A stretch of DNA of 63,817 nucleotides, counting the filler, from Atractiella rhizophila (lineage: Eukaryota), in NCBI GenBank assembly GCA_021432655.1. It is 11 parts of 11 records of this genome, joined end to end, with 100 filler letters (N's around TTAATTAATTAA, not from the genome) between each part and the next. Parts side by side here need not be neighbours in the genome. Positions count along the whole stretch, not along the records: positions 7,080 to 14,043 come from MU272253.1; positions 14,144 to 21,096 come from MU272254.1; positions 21,197 to 28,133 come from MU272255.1; 8 more parts are not named here. The stretch is one strand, 5' to 3'. A program made the translations under genes and the position numbers. The notes under the pieces were generated by a model. The model was not told where the DNA came from. It worked only from the letters and a program-made list of their open reading frames with translations, and made no database searches. Positions 11,578 through 22,062 of the stretch are shown here, one piece after another. Position 1 is the first letter of the stretch; each line of letters opens with the position of its first letter.

Positions 11578-13545
11578 TATGAAATGCATTGTTTTTACCT
11601 CTGCAAAATAAAATTTCTTTGCAGGTTCAGAAAGGTGCAAGCATATTCAATAAGGTGGTGCAATTCATTTCATTTTAACATGCCTGCTGAGGGAGATATG
11701 AACGTTAAAAGTACGTTTTATGACTCATGCCAAGAACTGATGAATCTTAGAGGAATAGATATTTAGGATATCCACTCTTCTTCTTGGCAACCCCTTACTT
11801 GCAGAGTGACACTTCTTGAATGCAGTTTGTTCCTCATAGTCTCTATGCAAATATCTAACAACTGTGTAGACGATTACGTTATGATTAGACTTCTCATCAT
11901 CAGACCACCAATACTGCTCTACTTTGTGGGTGAAAGTGACAACTGTCCATTGCCTTTGGTAGTAGTGCACCTGCGAGCTTTCTTTTCAGTGAGCTTTGCT
12001 GTCTGTCAGGGTGGATGCAAAGGTGTATGAATGTGACATGTCAGGTTGCGTACTGTGAGGACAATGCTAAGTGGAAATCCTGAGAGAACAAACTAGGTCT
12101 CTTAGTGGCATTGTGCTTGCCTAAATACATAAAATGGTGCACAGCTACAAACAATAACTCTAACTCTATCTAGGATAGGGTATAAAGGTCACATGATATG
12201 TAGAGCAAAAAAGGTGGGGAAATAAGAACACCAATAAAGCAACACAAACATAGATTGAGCCTGTGACTCCAAATAAGCTAAAATAGGTGATCTGGGGTCG
12301 ATCCTGACACCGGCTTAGAATCACTGATTGATCTGGAAGAAGTCTTTGCTTCGTCCCTTTCTGTACCAGAAAACTTCTCTCTATCATCTTGTTTGAGCGA
12401 GCTTACGGCAGCTTCATAAGGAAGCAATGACTAACTAGGAAATCTTGACACCGTTTTGACTTTTCTTTGAAGACGCATCGCAAAAATGGTTCTCCAGGGT
12501 TGATGAAAACTTGAAATCAAGTAAGATTTGCGAAACAATAGCTTCTCACTTACTCTTGAAGGTCGATGCAACGAGGATATCTAACCTTGGACAATTTTTT
12601 CTACGGCCCAACAATTTTGACTCGGGCCCAGAGCCCGAGCCCAATAGCTAGAACGTGGATTTGGAGTTGAAATGTGACTTTTTTGAACCGACTCAGACTT
12701 CTACTAGTAGCCCAATATCTATCTTCTACTCATACATGTGGTACCCAGTACTCAATAACTAAAACGAGCCAGCTCCCCACACCCTAATTTTCACTTCGTA
12801 TCCTGCTGAAGTTGACGTCCCTCCGATTCCGGATTCCCTTTCACTGGCTTAAGCTTCTCCGGAGAAGATTTAATTCCTGTGCAGGTCGCGGAGAGTGTGA
12901 CAGCGCTGCGGTAAACCTAATTCAGAGGTCTGAGCGGATCAAGAGGAAGACAAACGTAGGCTCTGGAACGTCCCTTTCAGAGGAGTCAGAGTCATCCTCA
13001 GAGTCGTCTTCAGAGTCTCCAGCTGATGACTCGCCCTCACGGGCTGGTGGCTTGTCGTCACGGCCGCCACCCGATGATTCCTGACGCCAAATTGCGACCA
13101 TGACAGTGCTAGAAAGAGTAATGAATGAGAGGGAGGGGCAGGGACACGGAGGCAAGACAAACGTAGAACTCATATTTGTAAATATTACAGTGGCGGGCCC
13201 TTTAACAATGGTTTTCTAGGCGGCGCGCAAGGTCACGTCTTCAAGGTCACAGCTCAAACAAGGGACACACCTTAACCCCCAGTAAGCCGTCTTCTTCATC
13301 CACCTCCATGTCTCCCTCATCTCTCTTCACTGCTCCGTAAATTATTTTATACAGTACCTTTCCACCCTTAGCAGACACCTCCTCAGCGTCCTCCACTGCA
13401 TATTGCTGTGGTTTTTGGGGAAGGATCTTCAAACAAATCGGGGCGGAGGTCATTATCCTAAGACGTGCAGAGCGCGAGTAGGCCATTCAGGCGGGAGAGG
13501 GTCGCTTTATGAGGTGCCTTCATGGGCGGGTGAAATAAGCCTAGA

Positions 13546-13616
13546 GAAGGCCACAGAAGGCCACAAGGCCACAGAAGGCAGAGAAGGCAAATAAGGCCAG
13601 ATAAGGCCAGATAAGG
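13546..13616. repeat. Degenerate ~10-bp tandem repeat
   Basis: GAAGGCCACA / TAAGGCCAGA-type units, about 7 copies. Confidence 0.7.
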
Positions 13617-14043
13617 TAGACAAAGCTAGAAAATCTCTCAGGTTCATCGCTGCCGTGCCCCTTGTGGTGCGAATAAGAGAGAGCTGAGCTGAGAGACGCA
13701 GTACAACAGGACAAACCGCTCTTTTCCCTTCCTCTCCTTCAATTATTAGCCGACTATCCACCACTACACTATCCTTGCTCGGTCGTCATCAGTGAAAGTC
13801 GACTGTTAAGAGACAGCACTATGGTTGTTAAGATTGCAGCCACCCAACAGCGACTAAGGCAGGACGCCGTCGAGATGAAAGCCCGCCGCATCTCGCACAG
13901 ACACAGTATTCTGGAACTGTCCACCATCCACTTCTTTTGCTGGTTCTTCTCTCATTGGTACTTAGGGACGGATTTGTACCTGATGTTCCTGGTTCGTCGT
14001 GTCCTCTAGGTCTATACTATACTACAAGGCAAACTCAACGGAA

Positions 14044-14143
14044 NNNNNNNNNNNNNNNNNNNNNNNNNNNNNNNNNNNNNNNNNNNNTTAATTAATTAAN
14101 NNNNNNNNNNNNNNNNNNNNNNNNNNNNNNNNNNNNNNNNNNN
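14044..14143. other. Artificial scaffold linker
   Basis: N44-TTAATTAATTAA-N44. Confidence 0.98.
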
Positions 14144-17100
14144 CAGATCATGTCGCCTTTTCACCGTTTTAACCTCACTCTCCACCTCAATGGTCATCTT
14201 CACCGTCCACTCGATCCCATCCAGGGATCCCCCGTCTGCGAAATTAGTGAAGGAGACATCTCGACCGACGTGGCGCCCGTTGAGGTAGGACTCGGTTTTG
14301 ATCCGCATACATACTCGTTTGTCAGGATCTGAACTCGGATTGACGAAGACCGCCAAACGGTTACCTGTCCCGTCGAAGACCAGTCTGACGTTCTATCGCG
14401 AAGTCACAGGAGGATCAGTTACAGCTTTTGGAGGAGAAGATGAGCTACGTACTTCTCTCGGAAACATCTCCGTCGCCTCCACCAACACCCTCTCCAACAG
14501 CGCAGTACAGAGTCCAAAAGCCTGCTCAGCCTGCTGCACGCTCCCACAGGTAGCAGCGTCCATATCCTCGAGAGGTATGTACTGAAATCCAAACCACCGT
14601 TTTCCATTATGATGCGCACAAAAGATGCCATCCATATTCCCGAGACGGGCTTGAAAGGAGTATTTGAGGAAGGCGTTCCGGATGAGATCAAAGTATTCTC
14701 GCTCAAATGATTCAAGCTCGCCCTCGCGCGTTGCCAGGCGGTAATACATTCCGGTCTATATCGTCGCAACGGATTTGAGAGAAGGGAAAAGATGGATGAG
14801 GATAAAGGACGAACCTGGTAGTTCATTGGGTCTATTCGTAAAGGCATGACAGCTCGCGTTTTGACGTCGAAAGCGGCCTTGGGCAAGTTCGGATTCCAAC
14901 TGTCGAGCTGTGAGCGAACGATGAGTCGTCCTACCTGTCATCAATTTTATCAGTCTGGGATTGCCCAAGAGAAGAGGAGGAGGAGAATGAGCGCACTCTA
15001 GAATAGTGGTATACGTGCTCTAGCTTCTCTGGCTGATTCTCTTTCGGGCGGGTGAGCAGATAATCATCGAATTTATCCCCTTCTGAAGTCAAGAGAGCTT
15101 CACCCAGGGTGCCCTAAAAGACCCTAGATTTGAGACCTACGAGGACTGATCAAAGAAAGGAAACTGACAAATTTAGAGAGCATATTGAACCAATGAACAC
15201 CCGGCATGGCATCTGCATCCCTCTCCGTGTCCCACTTCGCCGCATCCACAGCGTACCTCCCTCCACCCTCTCCCTCTCCGCCAGATTTGATCCACACCAA
15301 CTCCACCGCCGCCGGCTTCAACGCTCCACTCCCAAACGGCGTCTTCGATTCCCTAAACGAGGCATGTTTCAACATGGAATAGTTCGGTCCGGCCCTACTG
15401 AGTGATATGAAGATCTGTTCGAGAGGTCCTCCGACCTGGCTCGTCGACGAGACGAACATCGGCCCTGCTTCCTGGCGCGTGTGCTCTTTAGACTGCGAGT
15501 CTGCTCCTGCTCCCGCTCCAGCTTCCCGTTCTGACGGACAGCCGACCGGGACGACGTCGAGGAGCTGCAGCAGTTTCTTGTCGCAAGATGGTTTGGTGAA
15601 GGATCCAATGACGTCCCAATCGACGTCCGCGAGCGGCGGTATCTCTACCGGGATATCAAAGTTCTTCACACCAGTCCTCGGGTCGACGAGCATGTGCAAG
15701 CCGGGATTGGTGAGGCAGCGTTCGAGGGCGTGTTTGAGTCGTGGGAGGGTGGGGAAGTTGGGATGGGGAAGGAGGGGTTCGAGCGAGAGTGGCTCCAGCC
15801 TCTTGTTGGTGCTATTGCCGTTCGTTCGGGATATAGTGGCCTTTTGAAATTCCATCCCTGGAGCTAGCGGCGGGAGAGACGAAGATGCTGGGTCCTCTGA
15901 TATAGAACTTGCGAGAGCACTACCATTGCGTTCCCGCTTCTGCTTCCCTGCCCTCGGATGCGATCCCGTCTCCGTCTCTCCGTCCACTCCCTTCACACTC
16001 AGCATCTGCTTCGACAGCTCAAACAAGAAGCTCGCAGCCATGGGATAACCCTCTCCTTGCTGTTGTTGCACCACGCCTGATTGGTGCCCAATTTCCGAAG
16101 AGGTGGAGGGGGTGGCTAGGTAGGAGGGATGCAGGGTCGCCTCAGTGCCCAAGTGGAAGTCGGCTATGGAAGTTTTGGGCGCGTTGAAGCGGTCTGTAGA
16201 CGACTGTTGTTCGGACATCCGTACGGCCTCAGCAAGGGAAGTTGAAGCGTCGTCTTCATGGCTATGGCTCGTACTCGCATTGTCCATCAATACCGTACCT
16301 GTTTGGACAGCCTTGAATAGGGACCTAATCAACCAACCAACATGTGGAGTTAAATGCTCTCAGTTTGAAGAGGAGAGAGAAAGTGAGAAAGAAAGGGGGA
16401 CAAACATTCCCCTCTCCCGCAGCGCTTTCCTACTCCTCCAAGACTCCGGCTTCAACCTGCTCTGCAGCGTGAAGATCCGACCCCTCAGCCTCTGTATCCC
16501 CTTGTCCTTCTCCGGCGCCACTATCTTCCCCTCCAACACCACTATCTGCTTCCTCAGTTTGGCTATTTTCTTGAGCACCGCTTCTTCGTACTCTTTATAG
16601 TCGTCACTTTCTCTTATTTCTTCCGCGTCTTCTCCTTCCGCCAATTGTCCGTTTTGATATTGCGTGGGAGGTGGCACCGATGTCGATGCTGATGCTGAGG
16701 GTGATGTTGATGGTGCTTGCGATGAAGGAGCGAGCGAATTGATACCCGTACCAAAAGCGCGATATGACGAAAGGCCTTCAGCTCTCCACTTTACCTCCTT
16801 CACTCCACTTCCCTCCTCCTCCAGCGCCTCCTTTTCTTTACTACGTTCGATACGACCTTCCTCACGCCCGCGCTCCACAGCATGAACCGCAAGCCTCAAG
16901 AACGACCTCATAGCCCTTGCCTCGGATCGAAGCTGTTTCTCTATCTGCCGAAGATCGCGCAGATCGCCCATGATGCGGTGGATGAGGTGTTGGATGTCTT
17001 GTCGTACGCTCCCAAGCTTTCCTCCTTCTCCAATTGCACTCCCATCTCCGATTTTATTCTCATTTTCCTTTTCATCTTCGTTTTCCTGTCTTCTCCCAAT

Positions 17101-17418
17101 CCCACTTCTACTTCGTTCTCCGGTAATCCTCCCAACGAATCCACCCCTGACCATCCTACTAGTACGCCGTCCGCCTCTTCCTCTTCTACTGCTACCAATG
17201 GCGGCCATGTGGCCCAGCGAAGAAACGGGAGGAGCAGATACCTGACTGGGGAGGGAGGTCGGCGTTGGAGCGAGGCTGGTGTTGGATGACGGAACTGGTG
17301 AGGAATGCAAGGAAGCGAGGGAGGAGGAATGGAACGCTCCATAGGTATACATTGCCGTTGATGTGCTACTGTGGATGGCGCTGGTCGACGCGTGGAGGAA
17401 GCTGGAGAGACGCTTCAT
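14144..17418 (-). CDS. PET127: Mitochondrial Pet127-family RNA 5'-processing protein; multi-exon, 3' truncated
   Basis: Motifs LKHALERCLTNPGLHMLVDPRT, FDVKTRAV and ESFEREYFDLIRNAFLKYSFQARLGNMDGIFCAHHN..WFGFQYIPLEDMD match the Pet127 family. Ser/Arg-rich, acid-poor N-terminus (MKRLSSFLHAS) is consistent with a mitochondrial presequence. Confidence 0.88.
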
Positions 17419-18238
17419 TACGCTTTCGACAAAATATAAGACGTGTATTATAATCTTTATGAAAACATTTGTTTCGCGTCCAAATATCAGAGATAGAGAT
17501 GAGATAGGAATAGCCCTGGATATAATAGCTAGGCACCACTGTGCAAAAATGTCAAGGAGTCATGGTGTTGAGCCCATGACTCATATTTGGAGTTCATTCA
17601 ACTTCAACTCACATTGTGCTTCTTTGACCGTGAACGTTGGAGGTGCTCACTCTACGCAAAGCAAACCAACTTCAACAATCGACGACGAGAGCTTTGTTTG
17701 TTAAGGAAAACCGTCATCTCAAATACTCAAGTGATTGGGAGAGTATATTTCCGTTGGCGAGCACGGAAAGTCTCTGGTTCCAGTTCCTCCGTCAGTATTC
17801 TCCTTTTATGGCGGAAAGGGATGCAAGTGGGAGCGATCTTAATAAACGCCTGACTACCGTTGAACTTTTTTATAGAGGTCGAAGCAGAGCAGTCTTGCGT
17901 TCGCGATCTCGAGTTTCATCTGTCACAGTGAACGTACGTGTGGAGGGAGGAATGGATTCCAAATAGCCTCTACGTCTCTTTGTGGAGAATATTAGTTGTG
18001 GTATCCATGAAATACCCAGATGGGAAATAATTGAGCGGCAAGGCGGTTTGATTGATGAACTCGCCAACATGCTATGCTTTTGAGGATTACCTGCAAACCA
18101 TGGAAGCTGATGAAATTGGTTCTAGGACCCATTCGAACTCACACATTTTTCTTCTTCCTTCAAATTGTGGCACTATTGACGCTTCCGACCCTGGATGTCA
18201 ACGATCGCCTTGCAATCTAACCCTTTACTGCCGCCCAT

Positions 18239-21096
18239 ATGTCTGCAGATCATTCTGTCAAGATCTTCAAGGACCCTGAGACCATCAAGAAAGTGAATCC
18301 CAAGGGATTGCGGATCCTTTGCATTGACAGCGGGGACATGTGCTCCTTTGCACCGTACATGCTGGAACACATCATGACTCAAGTTGCATATCTTCTCGAC
18401 GTGCCTCATGACGAAGAGCTTCGCCCCTGCGATATATTTGATCTGATCTGTGGAACTTCAACCGGCGGATGGATCGCGCTCATGCTCGGGAGGCTGGGAA
18501 TGACCGTTCGCCAGTGCATTACGGCATGTGAAGGGATCGCGCAGAAAGTGTTCCGCGAAAACGTCTCGTTCTCCAGTGAAGAGTATGCTTATTCGGCAGA
18601 AAAGTTTGAAGAAACTTTCATTTCTATTATCCAGCGGCATATGAACACTTCTCACGATTTTGCAAAATCCCTTTCCATGAAAGACTACTCCTTGCAAGAT
18701 CGATGCAGAACTTTTGTCCTTGCTACCTACAAGTCGACCGTCACTCTTTCCAAGGTGATGTGCTCTTACGATATTCGCGACGCTGCATCCTCTTCGGGCT
18801 CCCCTGCTTCCACTTGTATGGTCTGGGAAGCTGCAAGAGCGACTGCTTCCAGTCATCCCTTCTTTCCTCCTATCATCGTGGATTCCACTAGTTACGTTAG
18901 CCTAGGTCACGATAACCCTCCGGCAATAGCCCTTGAAGAAGCGAAGCGAGTCTGGGGACACAGTAGTGAGATCACCTGCCTTGTGTCTCTCGGCTGTTGC
19001 TTTACACCTTTCATCAAGTTGGGCCACACTCGAGATGATGTTGACCGAGCAGTTCAGGCGATAGCCATCGATTGTTCAAGAGTCTCGAAATGGGTGAGGA
19101 AGATGATGCAAGACCAGCAGACGGGGCACTGCTATTACCGTTTCTCGGTCGATACGTTTGGAGATTTCAAGCGGCAGGATTGGGAGCGAAAGAATGATGT
19201 TGTAGGCTGTACAAAGGCTTACATGGAAGAGATGAATCATGAAGTGTCAAGTGCTGCTCGATCTCTGGTGAAAGGTATATTCTTCATCCTTGGTACCTGC
19301 ATGCTAACTTTTGTTCATTAGAACACAAAGATCGTGTCATAGCATATGGGAAGATTCCTTTACCTCCTCCAACCGCTTGTTATGGGAGAGAAGAGGAAGT
19401 TGGGCAGGCCATAGAATTCATCCTTACCGACAAGAAACATCTTGCTATTATTGGTGGCGCAGGCACTGGCAAGTCTACCGTTGCATTGGAAGTCCTCCAT
19501 GCAGACCACATCAAGAATGCATTCACGACCGTAACAGATGGTAAGGAAGAAGACTTTCGCTTTTGGGCGAGATGTGATGCCTTCTCCACCTTCTCCTCTC
19601 TCTCGGCCCACCTTTGCAGGAACGTTTTTGGATTCGCTCCTCCATATGGTGACGATGAGCTTATGGCTGTCGCACAATATCTCAACTCTCATAATTGTCT
19701 CCTGATCTTGGATCATTTTGAGACCCCCTCACACTCTGATACCAATAACCTTCAACGATTCTTCCAGACTATTACCGAATGTGCTTCTGGTTCCATTCTT
19801 GTCGTCGTCCATCGTGGCCATCAAGTTGAACATGTAAACTCGACAGGAGTGAAATTTCAAGAGCTAGTGATTGGAGGCTTGAGCGAAACTAGCGTCCTCG
19901 ATATGTTCGAATACATGTACTTCGCGAAAAGAGGATACTATTCCCGGGAAGATGAACAGCTGGTCAAGACAATTGGTGCCAAGCTGGACCGTCATGCCTT
20001 GTCGGTTAAGCTCTTCATTATTCGTGCAAATGAGGAGTCGACTAAGACCCTAGCGGTTTTGGTGGGGGAATGGGAGGCAAAGAAGACCAGCATGCTCTGG
20101 GCCAAAGATAGTGAGGAGACACACGCTCTTGCGACTTCAATATCCCTTTCACTCAATTCACCGCTGCTTAAGAAGAATGAGGACCTTAGTGCTTTTTTCC
20201 TTGCCATTCTATCTTGGACCCCTGATGGTCTTCTTGAAGAAGACATCATAGCTATGGGGGATAATTCTGATGCTCATCATTTAGGACAATCATCCGAGGT
20301 CGTCACCGCAATCTTAGGTGTTGGACTTGCTGAAAATGTGCCTGACGTCCTAACGAATTCACTTCGACTGCGCATGCTGGCACCAATTCGTGATCACGTT
20401 AACAGTTTGGTCTTGTGTTCCACTCTACCTTTTACAGCCGTCACTTTATACCTTGAGAAGTTAATGGAAGCTCTCATTGATAAGGCTCGCAGAAATGCCC
20501 AACAGTTCAAAGATAGGGTTGAACAGACGGGACTGCTATCATTTCGCAACGATTGTTCGAACCTTGAACATGTCCTTATAGCTGCTTTCAAACACCTCGA
20601 AGATCCAACACCTGTTCTCAATTTCCTGGCAGAAATTTGGGAATTCATGCACCATCAACGCCTCCTCTCAGTAACATTGATACAGTGTGCACTGTCCTAT
20701 GCGGTGTCTCGTTGTACGGCTCCAATCACAGCTGAATTGACAAGGGCTCTTGGGACAGTTTTTCAACAGAGGGGAAACACACAACTGGCACTGAGTCAAT
20801 TTTTTGATGCGAGGGAGCTGTATCTGCAGGTGGAAGATTGGCACGGCATGGCCCACTGCATTCACAGTATGGGGCGGATTGAGCAGGATCGTGAGCGGTA
20901 TGAGGAGGCATTGAAACAGTTTGAAGAAGCGATGGAGCTGTATCTACAGGTGGAAGATTGGCACGGCATGGCCCACTGCATTCACAACATGGGGCAGATC
21001 AAGCAGGATCGTGGGCGGTATGAGGAAGCATTGAAACAGTTTGAAGAAGCGAGGGAGCTGTATCTGCACTTGGAAGATCGGCACGGCATGGCTCTC
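18239..21096 (+). CDS. Fungal NLR-type protein: patatin-like domain, STAND (NB-ARC-like) P-loop NTPase, TPR repeats; 3' truncated
   Basis: Exon 1 18239-19274: PCDIFDLICGTSTGGWIALMLGRLGM, VWEAARAT, CLVSLG, YYRF (patatin). Intron 19275-19321 (GT, GCTAAC branch, TAG). Exon 2 in frame: PPPTACYGREEE, Walker A GGAGTGKS (19453-19476), Walker B LLILDHFET, RMLAPIR, then 40-aa TPRs. Confidence 0.92.
20809..21096 (+). repeat. Near-identical 120-bp tandem repeats encoding 40-aa TPRs; array cut by the scaffold end
   Basis: Units start at 20809, 20929 and 21049. 20821-20940 and 20941-21060 differ at 9 of 120 nt by manual count. Confidence 0.95.
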
Positions 21097-21196
21097 NNNN
21101 NNNNNNNNNNNNNNNNNNNNNNNNNNNNNNNNNNNNNNNNTTAATTAATTAANNNNNNNNNNNNNNNNNNNNNNNNNNNNNNNNNNNNNNNNNNNN
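21097..21196. other. Artificial scaffold linker
   Basis: N44-TTAATTAATTAA-N44. Confidence 0.98.
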
Positions 21197-22008
21197 TTGG
21201 TATTCAAACTGTCCTTGATTATGATCTGATTAAACATAACATCTCGAAATATTAACACCCGAGTCGAATTTCGCTCATAGTATCAAAGAGCTTTGTGGAT
21301 GGTAAAACGTTACGTCCAGTCATATTACCACAATCACATCCCTTCAATAACTGCACAGTCAGGTAGGCTGGCCTGTTTAAAGCTTTGGGATGTTTTTGAG
21401 TCCGAAATCGTCAATAAATCGAGAACTTTCTCCGGTCAGAATCGCACCTCCAATTGACCACGACATCTGCGTTAAAGTTAGGCCTGTAATGGCAGCTGGC
21501 TGGGAGGACATAGTGGAGCGGCTCTCCCCTACCGTGACTTACTATTTTGCGTTCAAGTTGCTTTCACTTGGAATACAAGTACTGGACGTCAATCTGCGGC
21601 ATATTCCTGTGACTCGCAGGGACGAGCGTGACCGTCCCAAACGACCGAATCCAGAGCCGATCTGGATCGGACGGGAGGACGACTCACACTTTGAAACAAA
21701 AGAATTTAGCTTTTGTAATGCAAGTAGAAATGGGGCAGCAGAAATTCTGAGAGTTGCGAAGCGGAGCGCAGAGGATTTCATCCTAAAGGTTCAAAGATGC
21801 AGTTCCGCAGCGTTGAGACATATCCATGCCACATCCCTGCTAGAGTTGCAAAGTGAAGCTAGAGAACTCCGACGGACCTCTACTCCTGAAGTCAGCGTGG
21901 GTCTGAATGTCCTGTGTGAGACAACAGATTCGCTACTTTTGCGTCGTTCATGATATGCAGGTCGAGGTCTTTAGGGGAGTCGCGTTGAGCAGGTCTTCTG
22001 AGCCGCCT

Positions 22009-22015
22009 TATAAAA
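22009..22015 (+). promoter_or_regulatory. Candidate TATA box of the dynamin-like gene
   Basis: TATAAAA about 50 nt upstream of the ATG at 22063. Confidence 0.45.
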
Positions 22016-22062
22016 CCTCTGGTGAGTGCGAATTTTCCAGACACCGATCATCGAATCGAAAC

